Below are positions 26,516 through 39,091 of a stretch of 64,000 nucleotides of DNA, piece by piece. A program made the translations under genes and the position numbers. Within the stretch, counting starts at the first letter, position 1, and the number at the start of each line of letters is the position of its first letter. A model generated the notes under the pieces. That model saw only the letters and a list, made by a program, of their open reading frames with translations, was not told where the DNA came from and did no database searches. Source of the DNA: Xylographa opegraphella (taxonomy: Eukaryota); NCBI GenBank assembly GCA_022813865.1, contig JALDZX010000035.1, positions 124,001 through 188,000 of the forward strand. Reading direction: 5' to 3'.

Positions 26516-28093
26516 GCACGTCAGTCCCGTGCGGATGTCTCATTATCTCTGGGAAAGCACTTCTCGGACCGCACCTTAGTTTGTGCACAGTGTAAATCCC
26601 GTGGTAGCCATGCGGGGGCATATCTTTGCAGCCAGACCAGCAGCGTTCGGCAACATGCTTGCTGGATAGTCGGATTTCAGCTAGAGCGAAATTCTAGAAT
26701 AAGGAGACAGAGGGTTCTCTCGTCGACTCAACGGCAGCCGGTACTGCAAGGTGTTCTTCTCCCATACGGAGTCATGCTTTCTATTACCTCATCCATGCGA
26801 TCCGCAGGTCCTTAATGCCGCCAAACTAATCGTGTGGATCAAGTGAGACGGTGCTTGTGTCATGATCAGCCAGCCAGCGCTTTCTGACGGCTACCGACTC
26901 GACGATCCAGACTTGCAATGACTGTTCGCCTGGAAATAAACGCGCTCTGGAACGCAGGCAAAAAAGGAGTGCGTGAAATTGAATACGAGATCATGCACAA
27001 CAATCAGCGATGTTGTGTCCTACAGGTCGCTCCCCACGTGCGTGATTAGAGGCTTGCATCAGATTTAGCACCTCTTCCTACATGCATTAAGGCACCGAGG
27101 GCCTTGGTGGTTGTTTTCATCCCGTTTCTTCATACTATTGTACGTCGTGCATTCCTAGGTCACTGGTGTGAATGCGTGGTATTGCCGACGATATAAGCGC
27201 GGTGAATTCATTTGCGCAAACGGGGCCGTCACTTTAACCTTACACCTTTGGCGGCCCCTCACTGGCCTATTCTCCGATCCTGTACAGGAACTTCGAGGGA
27301 AACGGCGACGAGCCCACTCTAGCAGATTGGCACTTGTCATCGCGGAGCATTGTTCAGACAGTTAATGCGCTACACCGTTGGCACCAGATCCTGAGGGTCA
27401 GGCAGCTTATCGTCCAACTATCGCCTGGTTTTCCTCAGTCACGCAGACATTCGTCTTGACGGGCCGCGGTCTACTCGTTTATGCCTTCTGCTGGCTATGG
27501 CCACCAGCAGTGGTCTAGCCGCATGGTGTTACTTGGGTTTCGAGAGTCATGTTTGGGATTGCTTCTGAGACCTTCACAGCTTGTTCTGGCTCCCGATCTA
27601 GCGACCGGGGTGTTCGACAGAGCGCTCCATTGGTCAACCTTACCCTTAAACGCGAGAAGGTTCGTGAAGAGTGCACAAGGGTTGAAACTTTCAGACGGCA
27701 TCCTGCAGCATTGTCTACAGTTTTGCGAACCTCCCGACGTCGATCAGGGCCCCGAAAAGCTGCTTCTAGGTGCGCTCCACCTTTGTTCCTTTGGACTACC
27801 GATGGGCCAAGGAGCCGCACTCTTATGAACTGCGTTCATCCCTCTTGCGCGCTTTGCGCTGCAATGATCTGAAGCCCATTGTCTTCCCACCACTCCAGAG
27901 TATGCTCATTCGGAAGATTATCTGATAGCTTATCATCAATATTGATACACGTGGCTCATCCGCACCGACTCCTACACTGTGCATGAGTTTGGCTTGGTGT
28001 AATTGTGAGGTCGCTAACACAATATCATCATGGCTCAGCCTTTGACGGAGAAGGTAGGGTAGCATACACTCTGGAAGCTTCGCAATTGTTCTG

Positions 28094-29964
28094 ATGGATT
28101 GTCAGGTGCCTGTTGACAGTAGCGACTACGAGGGACTACAACTCGACACACGGGCAAGAGACCAGATCGAAAAGGACCTCGATACGAGCCAGGACATGAA
28201 GGGCCCAATCAGTCCGGACCCATACCACTTGGGTTGGGACGATGAGAAGAAGCTCCTGTGGGCCCGAGAAGCTCGAGAAGCTCGGGACGCGAGTGCAACC
28301 TGCGATGAGGCCGGGCCGGTGTCTGCGATATCTACCAGAGCGCCAACTTTTCCCACTCTTTCTAATGACAATGAGACATTATCTTCAAGAAAACCACAAC
28401 GGATATGTGGGTTACGGCCAGGATGGTTCTGGACCATCCTTGCCTTGATTTTAGCAAGCATGATTATAGCGGCCATTTTGGGCGGAGTTCTGACAGCACG
28501 ACAAAACCACACATCAACCACGACAACGACACCGGTAAATTCAACAGGGCCTGCGGGAGGGCAATCTTTGGTGCCAGCGGGGTCGAGTAACCCTACACTA
28601 CCGTACGTTTGGACGGCGACCTCACCTATTTTACTTGAGCCATTTCATCTGATACAGTTGCAGTTGGAGTGACGTTATGGTAGAATCACCATTAGCAGCT
28701 CTGTCATATATGTCATCTGATGAACAGTCATATCGGCTGTATTATCAGTCTGCTCATGGAGATATCAAGGAGTCAAGATATGATGATACGAACCCTGGTT
28801 GGCAGGACGCTACGTACGTCGTGATAGCAAATGACTTGTATACCAACGATTCTGATGACCACTCCAGACCTTTATTTACAGACGCAGTCAACAATACTGG
28901 TCTCGCGGTCGTAACATATATGAATGGAACCAGCCAGCAGGTATGGTGTCCTCCCCGTTTGCTATCGGTTGGTTCGATACTGACTGAGAATATCAGTCCA
29001 GCATATTCTACATGGATTGGGGAAATTTACTCGTGCAAGAGAAAAGGCTGCTTCCCAATGCCACAATCTGGACGGACGGCTCGCTTGATAAGAGTAACTT
29101 ACCAGCCTATGGTAACCTTTCCATTTCGGAGAGCAATGCGGAGCAAGATCCGGCCAATACGTGGGATAGTTATCGATTAGCGGCTATCTACTCGAAAGAC
29201 TTCATCGGTGGGCCACAAGCCCGGGTGTATTACCACACTATAAGCAACGGAAGCAGTGTTGTTCCTATCGTACAAGAGATGATCTGGTCGCAGAACAGCG
29301 ACTCCTGGGCGAGCGGCCATCAGTTCTTTGATCCTTGGCCCAACTCCGATTTAGCAATCACCACCGACCTAGATACGAACACGATCCGATTATTCTATTC
29401 ATCCGGGAACCTTACTCTGCAGGAGCAATGGTTCGATCTGAATCACCAGAGTGCGGGATGGCAATCGGGTATTTATCAGCACTCATCTGCACGTACGGCG
29501 TGGCGCTCACACTGAAATCAATAGGCCTTCAGATCCCCACTCTCCTGGCCCACAACGATGCTTCCATCGCCGCGGTGTCCACAAACACGAACACGATGGT
29601 GTACTATTTCGCCAACGACAACGGCGTCATCACCATCCGCGAGCTCACCCTCAGCGGCAACCCCGGCTCCCCGACGTACCCGGAGCGATCGAATTACGCA
29701 TCCCCCGTCATCGTCGCTCAGCCGGCGCTCATCATCGACCTGCAAGTGTCCATCTACCAACCGATCGGCGCCGTGGTCTCGGCCCCGGGCCCGAGCCAGG
29801 ACGTCCTGGTCTTCTGGGCCGAGGGCATCGCGGATATCGGCAGCGGGTACAGTGCCATCAAGACGGTGCAGCGGAGCGTCAACGGCACGTGGTCGTCGGT
29901 CGCTGCGGGCGATGATGCGGTTGCGATACCGCTGGGCCATAATGACCCGCCGGTCAGCTCTTAG
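28094..29964 (+). CDS. Single-pass membrane protein with extracellular fungal fucose-lectin-like beta-propeller repeats
   Basis: RICGL + TM helix (WFWTILALILASMIIAAILGGVL), a Thr-rich stalk, then blades RLYYQSAHGDIKESRY...W, ARVYYH...QEMIW...W, IRLFYSSGNLTLQEQW...W. About 4 introns. Confidence 0.7.
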
Positions 29965-30748
29965 TAACGCGTGATGCTCGGGAGGCGGGTGAATGTAATA
30001 CTATTAGCCGTAGCTGGAAATGACGGATGGTGGCTGGTTTTTTTTTTCCGTTGCACGTGGTGATTAGATCGCATCTCGAGCAACAAAGTCTCGTAATCTA
30101 CAGAAGCCTACATCCAATCCATGCCTCGTAGCCGTGGGTTTCTCGCTCTGCCAGTCACGCAGCGTCACGCAGCGTCGTTTACAGGAGTTGATCCCTCCAC
30201 TCTCGCTTGACTTGTGCGAAAGCCGTAGGTAGGGAGGTGGGTGGGTAGTGAGCAAAGACTCGTCTACGCGAAACTTTACTGGTGCGAGTTGGATCTTACA
30301 CCGTGGGATGGTATACCATAGTACGGTATGAGATAGATTGACTATACATCTCCATCCCGCGCCGCCGGGGGCCACCCCCACGCACGCAACGTAACGCATG
30401 TAACGATGCGGCGTAATTCTCCTTGCATTGACTTCCTGCCGTTGCGGCGTAAATCTCCGTTTGTTGAATCCTTCCGTTGGAGTTGGCGTTGGCGTTTGGA
30501 GGTTCGGCCCGAGAGTGAGGGGGGGGTTGTCGTGCCGTGGGGTAACGTGTGTGTTTTATTGGGTACGGATCGGGTTGGGGTGGAGGATGGGAGTGGGGGA
30601 TGGGGGATGGGAGATGGGAGATGGGAGATGGGTTGGAGTGGATGTGGATGTGATGTGGTGGATGTGGATGTGGTGGATGTGGTGGATGGTTGGTTGCGTA
30701 GCCGAGGATATGCATGGAGGAATGAATGAAGAGAGAGGGGGAGGCGTG

Positions 30749-30813
30749 TTAGGGTTTGATTGCTAGGGCTTGATTGTTAGGGTTTGATTGTTAGGGCTTG
30801 ATTGCTAGGGCTT
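30749..30813 (+). repeat. 14-bp minisatellite (YTAGGGYTTGATTG) x ~4.6 with telomere-like core
   Basis: ttagggtttgattg ctagggcttgattg ttagggtttgattg ttagggcttgattg ctagggctt. Confidence 0.9.
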
Positions 30814-31350
30814 CGAAGAGGGGGGTTTGAGATATATGATATATGATTCCAAAGAACCCATCTCCGCTGCTGTCGAGGGGAGAGAGTTCGTGGGCCTTGT
30901 TCCGTCCCGTCCTTGCTCTATTCGGCTATCGAAGAGGGTTTGTTATAATACGTAACCGGGTGGCGTGGCGAGGATGGGTCGGTTGATGGGTAGTGTAGTG
31001 TAGAGTAGAGTATAAAAAGTGTATGCTATACTAGTTGCTTTCCTCCGGAAGGGGTGGGGTGGAATGGAATGGGTTAAGATATTATGTTGCGTGTTAGAGT
31101 TACGTGCGTATAATGAATGCTATGATAGCAAAAAGAACGGAGAAAGGGGTGATTCTACCTCGTCTCGTTTTACCATCGCCATCACAGTCACCACGAGTGT
31201 TCACAACGGCTGAGAAATATCCCTCCCATACCCTCCCCTCCCATACCCATCCCTCCCCTCCCTCCCTTCATAAAAAATAAAAATATAAAAAATAAAAGTA
31301 GTCAAGTCAACGAACCCAGACCCCCTTCACACATCAAGCTGCGAAATCGT

Positions 31351-31395
31351 CCAGTCCAGTCCAGTCCAGTCCAGTCCAGTCCAGTCCAGTCCAGT
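31351..31395 (+). repeat. Microsatellite (CCAGT)9
   Basis: Nine perfect copies. Neighbouring (GGGAGAT)n, (GGAT)n, (GGTGAT)n, (TCA)n and (CTCCA)n tracts lie within 30.5-32.2 kb. Confidence 0.95.
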
Positions 31396-32244
31396 CCACT
31401 CCCAAGTCCAAATAATCGTTTGCACATTACATCGATATATCAATCTTACCTCCCCCCCCGGCCGTCTGCACGTCTGCACGTCTGCACCCTCCGCTCTCCG
31501 CTCTCCGCTGCTTCCATCCATCCATCCATCCACAGCCCGGTGAAAGGTCACCTTCCGGGATAAGATATGGTCGTGGTTATGGTGATGGTGATGGTGATGG
31601 TAATGGTGTCGGGTACAGACGCAGGTAGAAAAGAAAAGGTAATAGTAAGGAGGAGAAGGAGGGGGAGGAGGAGGAGAAGGAAGAGGAGGGAGAAGACAGA
31701 GGAGAGCCATACAGCCCACTCACACCGCACCAGATCATCATCATCATCAATCCAGAGAAAGAGCCAACTTAAACCGGCATTTCACCAAACCGGTAGTCTA
31801 GTCCAGTCCAGTCTAGATATATCCACTCCACTCCACTCCACCCCACGCCCCGGTGGGAGAAGAAAGAAAAAAATTGAATAGAAAATATCAAAAAAAGATA
31901 TATAAAAAAAGACATCAACCCCAATTCCAAGTGCAGATCCAGATCCATATCCCGCTCGCGCGGTAGTATCAAAATCCACCCCCTTGCCCCCGAAAACCAA
32001 ACACCCATCTCTCCCTTTCATCCATCCTCCCTTTCCCCCCCAACGAAAATCAGAAAGGGAAAAAAAAGGACTCTACACGACGACCGCTCCGCCCTCCTTC
32101 TTTTTCTTCCGCGGACCCCTGATATCCCAGCACCAGCGTTCTCATATTCCCCCACTCGACAACAACACCTCAATCGAACATCCCCAGCCAACACCCACTC
32201 AACCACCCCACCCCATCCCCCATCACTCCCCCCCAACTCAAGAA

Positions 32245-35200
32245 TCAACCCCCCCCCTCCCCCCTAAACTCCTTAATGCCCTCAATCCGCGCATGCAACT
32301 CCGTATCCAAGAAATTATAATACGGATCCAGCCGACAAAACTCACTCGTCTTGAGCGTCTCCGCCGTCGGCCGGACGCCCGGATCGATGGTGAAGCAATC
32401 GAGCATGAAGCCCACAGCCAGCGGACTGATATTCGCACTCACATCGTCCGGGATGGGGGGCGCCTGGTTCAAGGACCCCAGTTTATAAATCGCGCCAATG
32501 GCCTCCTCCTTCGCCCACGGCCGCCGGCCGGCGAACATCTCGAGCACGACGCAGCCGAGGGACCAGATGTCGACCTTGGCGCTGTAGCCGCGGCCCTGGG
32601 AGCGGATGACCTCGGGCGCCATCCAGAAGACGGAGCCCTGCATGGAATTGGAGCTGTCGTTGCCGTAGATGTTGTCGCTGCGCTTGGAGATGCCGAAGTC
32701 GGAGATCTTGCACGTGCCGTCCGTGTCGAGCAGGATGTTGTCGGCCTTGAGGTCGCGGTGCAGGATGCCTTGGCCGTGCAGGTACGAGAGCCCGTCGAGC
32801 GTCTGCCGCGTCAGCGAGCCGACGACGCGCTCCTCGAACTTGCCGTGCTTGCGCAGGCAGCTGCCGATGCTGCCACCGGAGATGTACTCGAGGAAGATGG
32901 AGATGGAGTACTCCTTGCGCTCGCACCCGAGGTACTGCACGATGTTCGGGTGCTCGAGGTGCTGCATCGTGTCGATCTCCAGGTCGAGCGAGCCGACCAT
33001 CTCCTTGATCTTTTCCTTGTCTTGCCCCGCCGCTTTCGGGTTCACCTCGACGTGCTTGATCGCCAGCACTTCGCCCGTGTTCGCGTTGATGCCGAGGTAG
33101 ACGCGGCCGTAGGTGCCCTTCCCGATCATCTCACCGCGGATGATGTTGTACGTATGCCCTTTGGACGACGGCGGCTCGGACGCAACGGCCTCGATCAGGC
33201 TCATCCGACTCCCTCGGCCTTGAGTGATCTGCACGATATTGGCTCCAAACATCTTGGTGCTCTTCCGACGGACAAGGTCGCCGGATTTGCCGCTGCCTTG
33301 GGCTTTCGTGTTGCGCCGTCGAGAGCCTTGATTGGATGCTCGTGCAACTTCACGGATGGACTTCATCCGATTCAGACCGCCAGCCCGACGAACATTCCGT
33401 TGCGCCACCGACTTGATCGTTGAGCCGCTCTTGAGGGTCGAGTCTTGCGAGCCCAGTGTGTCGGAGGAGTCCGGCTCTTCAGCTATCGATTGTTCCGCGA
33501 TCGATAGAGGACGGCCGTTGTGATACAACGAGGAATTGGCCAATCTGTGTGCATGGCCGTGAGGCAACGCCAGCGAGCCGGAGTCCATCGGGTTGTGATC
33601 GACACCGGACATAGGAGAAGCGGGTGGTGAGCCCGTCTGATCTTCCAAAACCGGCTGGTCAAGATCGATGTTCGGGAAATACACATCAAGATTGTCAAGC
33701 AAGGCTTCCGTGGGTGGTCGGTTGGCCCAAACGTCGTCTCTCATCATCAAAGACTTCCTCCTGCCTAGGCCGCCGATGGCTTCCGGCGAACTGCCTGGAT
33801 GCCCGCTGTAGTGATTTGCAGACTCTGGATAGTCGTCTTCGTTGGACATGACAGGGTGGCCATTGCTGTCGAGCTCAGGAGTATCTGCGGATAGGGCGGT
33901 CGTCGCAGTCGTCGCGGTGTTGGGGGTTGCGGCAAAAGTCACAGACTTCACGCGGTCTTGCCGAGTATCGACCGTGATGTTGGGCCTGCGGGTGGGCTTC
34001 GGAACAGGCTTCGCAAGAGGCTTCGCGAAAAGACCGTCGTCCGAGTCTCCGTCGGAATCCTGTTCGGACGCGGGTGCTTTGGCAAAAGTGATTTCACTTT
34101 CATTAAAGGTGAAGGCGGGCCCATAAGATTTTCGATTAGCAAGAGAGGGTCTTCGAATGGGAGTATTGGTACTAGGACTAATTTGCGGCGACGCTTTCTG
34201 TAGGTACTCCACAGATGGGTGGGTCTTGGGGGTCTGCAGAGAAAGGGATGGCCTCCGCGTGTCTTGGACTTCGTCAAGGCCTTGCTCATAGTCAGGAACC
34301 TTGAAGCGCATTTGGTTCTTCCCGTTGGTGAAAGCAGGACTTCTTGGGGACCCACCTGGGCTGTTCTTTCCAGACCCACTGCGGCCAAAATCGATGGACT
34401 CCAGGGCACGTGTTGGCCTGCCTCGTGATTCATTTGTTCCGCCAGCTTCTGGAGAATAGTTGGTGGGAGTAGAAGGTGAACCCTTTGAAGCTTCGTTGGC
34501 TTTCATGACCGCAGAGCCTATACCGGCACTGATTGAGGCTGTCGCCGCTATCGCTCTGCGTCGTCCTCGATCGGCCATTTCTTCCGCAATGGTATCACCA
34601 GCCGACCGCCTTTTGATGCCGTACTCGCTCTGAACTGCATCACCCGCCGAACGGCGCTTGCTACTGTACTCATTCTGGGCTCCCATCGACGCTCTCGCTA
34701 TTTCGGAAGATTTTCTACTCAAAGAATTCGCCTTGATCAGCGTGTTAGACTCTGCTGGAGCCGGAGGTGGCTTTCTCAGAGGGATCAGCGACTCATGCTT
34801 CTTATCCTCGTAAGGTGACTCCCTCGGCATATCGAAATCGATGACCCCCTTGTCTCGCTTGATACTCCAGTGCCCCGAGTCCGGTGGCGAGTCTTTGCGC
34901 AGTTTGGCTTGCTTGGACTGAAAGTAAGCTTGCTGCTTCTTCTGAATCTCTCGCCGATATTCTTGCACGGCAGCCTCGAGCGACGCTTCCCGGTCTGCAT
35001 CCGAAATGATCTCGTTGCTGGGGCTTGTCTCGACGTTCTTGAGACACTCCCGGACCGCATCGACGGACGGACTCTCGAGAGGGAGGCGAGGACTGGGAGC
35101 CCCACTGACCACACCCGTCGAGGTACCATTCGCTTTCACGGTGTTCTGTCGAGAGCTCAACGGCGGTGAACCGGAGCGTGGGTGACCATAAGGTAACAGG

Positions 35201-37243
35201 CGCAACAACGCTTCTTCATCGACGGGCTTTCTTTGAGTGGATATACTGATGGTCGGAGACGGCATCGCCCTACTCGGGTAGTCGAAAAGTCCCAGTCCAG
35301 ACACGGGAAACAGAGGTGCGGATGAGGCTGAAGGAGGGGAAGACGTGGGTCGCACGAAGAATTTCAGAGACGCTTTATTATCAGCTCTTAACCGCCGACA
35401 GAGTTGAAGTTTTTCGTCCGATAAGACGTCTTCATGCTCCATCTGCCCCGCCTCCGTGAGATAGATTTGCACCCCTTCAACGTCGGGAATGTTGAGTGCA
35501 TGACAGATGGTCTCACGGAGCGCGTCAGGAGTCTCTGCGATAGACACATCGACCAGACGATAATTGTATCTGTCAGGAGTCACCAGGATGAACGTCTTCT
35601 CCGTGCCGCTGCGTGTCAAGGTTCTTCCTCGAAGGGCGATCCTTTCTTGGTCAGACATTATGGATGCAGAAGGAGGCCGATCCAGCGAGGTATTACTGCT
35701 GTTCCTGCTTTGACGCACAAATGGAAGATTCGGTGGCATGTGGCGATAGTTGGTAGGGCTTGTCGGAGAATCCGGGTTTTGCTCCTCATGCATGATCTGA
35801 GTCGTATCTTCCTTCTTCTTCTTGCGGAACTTATTCAGGAAACCCTTGTGCTCTTTGGCCGTATTCGTCGTCTCGGCACTGGATTGCCTGTCCATCAACA
35901 TCGGACGCGTTCCTTCTTGACCATGTCTCCGCTGCCGTTCTTCGTGAAGCCTGCTCACAAGCCCAGGTTCACGAGAATCCAGGTAGCCACGAACGGGACA
36001 GGGAATGTTTGTACCAGGAAGATAGGTGATGCCGCTCTGATTGGAAGCTATCGAGTCGGTGCTATTGCTTTTGTGGTGGCCGAACCGTCCCGGCGGAGGT
36101 GCGGCAAGATTGACACTCGTGTTCGTGGAGGCCAAGGTCGCAAAGGAAGTGGCGGGACTTCCACTCTGAGGACTGGTATCATGCTCGGGCCGTAACGTTT
36201 CGCCGCGATAGGCGGAAGCGGAGAAGCCATTCTCCCCTGAATTGCTTGGGCTATGGCGTTTGGACGAAGAGCCGTTGATATCTCGTAGGATCTCTCGGGT
36301 AATTCTGGTATGACTATGAGGTTGTGGCGTCGACTCTGGTAGATTCGAGTCATTATAATTCGGCTTGTTGCTGGCGTACGAAGGATATCCAACATTGCGG
36401 TAACCGGAGGCGTTCCGGCTCGAAAAGGCCGATGCAGGAGACCGGAAATGGTTTTGCGAGCCAGGACTCTCTTCCCCACCCCCTGCTGTACTCGGGGTGT
36501 TCAGGTTCGGGGAATTCTCGACGCCACCATCGGTGCCAGCACTCTGCAATTTCTGCACCGATGCCTGTCGACCATGGTTCACTCGAGGCTCTGCGGGATC
36601 ACTTGATTCTGCAATCTTGCGAATCAGCCTCCGCATGCGTTTGCCCTCCTCTCGTTCTCGGGCTTGATCCCAGCCCGAGCCGCTTTTGGTACATTCCTTT
36701 GCCAGACTCGGATAGACGGTGTTGTGCATCATTCCGAAGTTGCCTCTGCCCCCGTTCGCTCGGCCGAGCTCGAGGAAACTGGTGCCTTGGATGTTCAATA
36801 TCTTGAATGTCTCCTGCCAATCAGTCGAGAAGCCATTGTCAGCGAGCCACCTCAATACGCGGTCAATAGGCCATTGAAGTGCGGGGTCATTCGGGGACAG
36901 AGGGCCATTTGAGCCATTGCTGTTGCTGTACTGATGGGCACTGGACGGAGTCGGGTCGAGGATGCCACCAGGCGTAGTGACTCGATTCTGCGGATTCTGC
37001 CGGGTAGCTGTCTGTGGCGCTGGTGAGTTGTACTCGTCCTTCTCTCTCGGAAAATTGGCTGCATGGTGTCGTGACAATGGAGTTTGAGGATACCCATCGT
37101 ACCCTGGAAACTCAACACTGGGCGAGTCGTTTCGAGCCGAGTCGTAGTACACCCTCTGGTGATCAAGCGGTGGATGTTCCACCATCGGCGTGGACTCCGT
37201 GCTCGTGTAGAACTCATTGCTGTCCCCCCGTGTAAAACTGACC

Positions 37244-37277
<34 letters not shown>

Positions 37278-38139
37278 GCTGTTGCTGTTGCTGTTGCTGG
37301 GAGTGGAAGCCTGGGATGCCAACCCCAGGCCCAAACGAATCTCCACCCGGCACGTACGTGGCTGATGTCAATGGCTGGCCTTCATTCTGGCCCACCTCGT
37401 AGTGCTGTCGAGAAGGGATCGAGATGGGCGGTGGCTGATGATTTTGATAGCCGGGATTGTAGGCAGGGTGCGGCGAATGCGGTTGATTCATACTCATCGG
37501 CGGCGGTGGGGGAAGCGGAAAGCCAACCCGATTCCACCCCTGCTGAACCCAGTTCGCCGAAAGGCCCTGTTGCTGTTGATGGCCCGGGAACGGCCCTGGA
37601 GGCGGGGGCAGCATCATTCCGTGGGACATGTTCTGCAGGGGACGAGGTGGAGGCGGTGGCAAGGACATCATGGGATTCTGCTGCGGGAGGGGGGATACCA
37701 AAGGAGGCGGTCCAGGTATGTATTGGGTCCGGGAATCCAACACCTGTGCTGCCGAAGCGTATCGCTGCCCCGGCTGATAGCCAACCTGTATCTGCGGCGC
37801 CGTACCGACGCGCGCTCCAGAACGATACACATTTGGAGGCCCCGAGCCCGCGTCGGCTCCCGTGCTCGCTCGTGGCCGTGGCTGTGTCAAGCTCTGAGCA
37901 CTTGCGTGTGGGTTGCCTCCGCCAGTCAGGGTCGGGTAAGGCGATCCAGTGCCCGAACTCGAGAGCATGACTGATGAAGACGAGCCATAACTCGGCACGT
38001 CACTCAGAATCAGGTCGTCCGGCAAAGCCGAGTTGGGCTGTTGCTGGGAGTAGACGGAAGGCGACGGGGTCGAGGTTTGCCTCGATTCCAAAGCTGAGCT
38101 GGTGGAACGCCCAGAGGCGGACCGATGTCGAGTGGCCAT
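32245..38139 (-). CDS. BCK1: MAP kinase kinase kinase of the cell wall integrity pathway (Bck1/Mkh1)
   Basis: 1964-aa intronless ORF. SAM-like WPIDRVLRWL..NGFS.DWQETF; DVWA.RPP.EAL..NLD.YFP; RRKSTKMFG; kinase IGKGTYGRVY, HRDLKADN, DFG, GSVFWMAPE. Confidence 0.97.
37243..37299 (-). repeat. Polyglutamine (CAG/CAA)n tract in BCK1
   Basis: (TTG/CTG)n on the + strand, about 18-19 Gln. Confidence 0.95.
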
Positions 38140-39091
38140 GGTCGGTCCGAGGTCACGGTTGTCCCATGAGGTCGATTGGGAGGTACCCGATGGCGTGCGG
38201 AGTGACCAGGCGTTGTTGTCTTATTCACACCGTCCATAAATCCCTTCGGCTCCAGCCATATCGAAGCATATGCCACCCAGCTTGCTTTCCTCGATGGCTT
38301 TCGATGGATTTGTTGATAGATTTCAGGTGATCGGATTCGAGATTAGATGGCCGGTGTGTGGTATGGTAGAACACTTTTCGCGCGAGAATCGACAGAGCAA
38401 AGGACGAGCAAGCTCGAGTTCTGTATAGAACTCGCATCAGCTACAGTTCTCATAGAATAGAGAGCCATCACGCCTCGTGGGGGCATCACTCGAATCTCTT
38501 ACCGATTATGCACAATATGCTGTGTAAGCCCAAGCCAAGAGAGCAGTGGGTAATACTGGCGGGGCACCAGAGCCTTTTGCGATCAGCCCCGAACACAGTT
38601 GTAGCCAAAGAATGCTCGCAAAGCTCCACTCAGCAAGACAAGCAGATACAAAAATTCTCGAGGCAAATATCGCTGTGGCCGGACTGGGCTCCGCCAACGC
38701 ATGATCTGGGGCGCCTTCTCCATTCACGGCTTGGCGCACCTTTTGGGCCGACTGCAGTGCGAAGCGAAGCTCGACCCTAGTCGAAAGCGGTGCGCTTTTG
38801 CACGTCAAGCCCGTCCGACTACATAGTATCAAGTCACAACACAGCAGTTGGCAAAGGATCTAAATAAAGCTCAATTGCTGATATTGTACGGCTCGAAGCA
38901 AAGCCGGTCTATCGAAACCCTCGTGCAGATGCAGCATGGGGGAGCACGTCACTGCAGCCCCAAGTCGTGAAACGCAAAGATCTAAGCTAAGATGAAGCTC
39001 CGTAGCTCAGTGGAGGTGTACATGAAACTCCTCTGTCTCAATGCAGCCAGCCTACCCCAAACGCCGCTGGTCCTCCCATGGGGTGTCTGTG

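Noticed and set aside
26516..28093. 1.6-kb gap considered as a telomerase RNA or hidden gene
   Set aside because: No TAACCCTAA-type template seen, and the short ORFs have no recognisable motifs.
31984..33423. 479-aa + strand ORF and other long antisense ORFs over BCK1, APH, TAN1 and the lectin exon
   Set aside because: Shadow frames produced by extreme GC3 bias of the real genes.
38996..39013. tRNA-like 5' end / A box (GCTCCGTAGCTCAGTGG)
   Set aside because: No GTTCRA T-arm or acceptor-stem complement follows.
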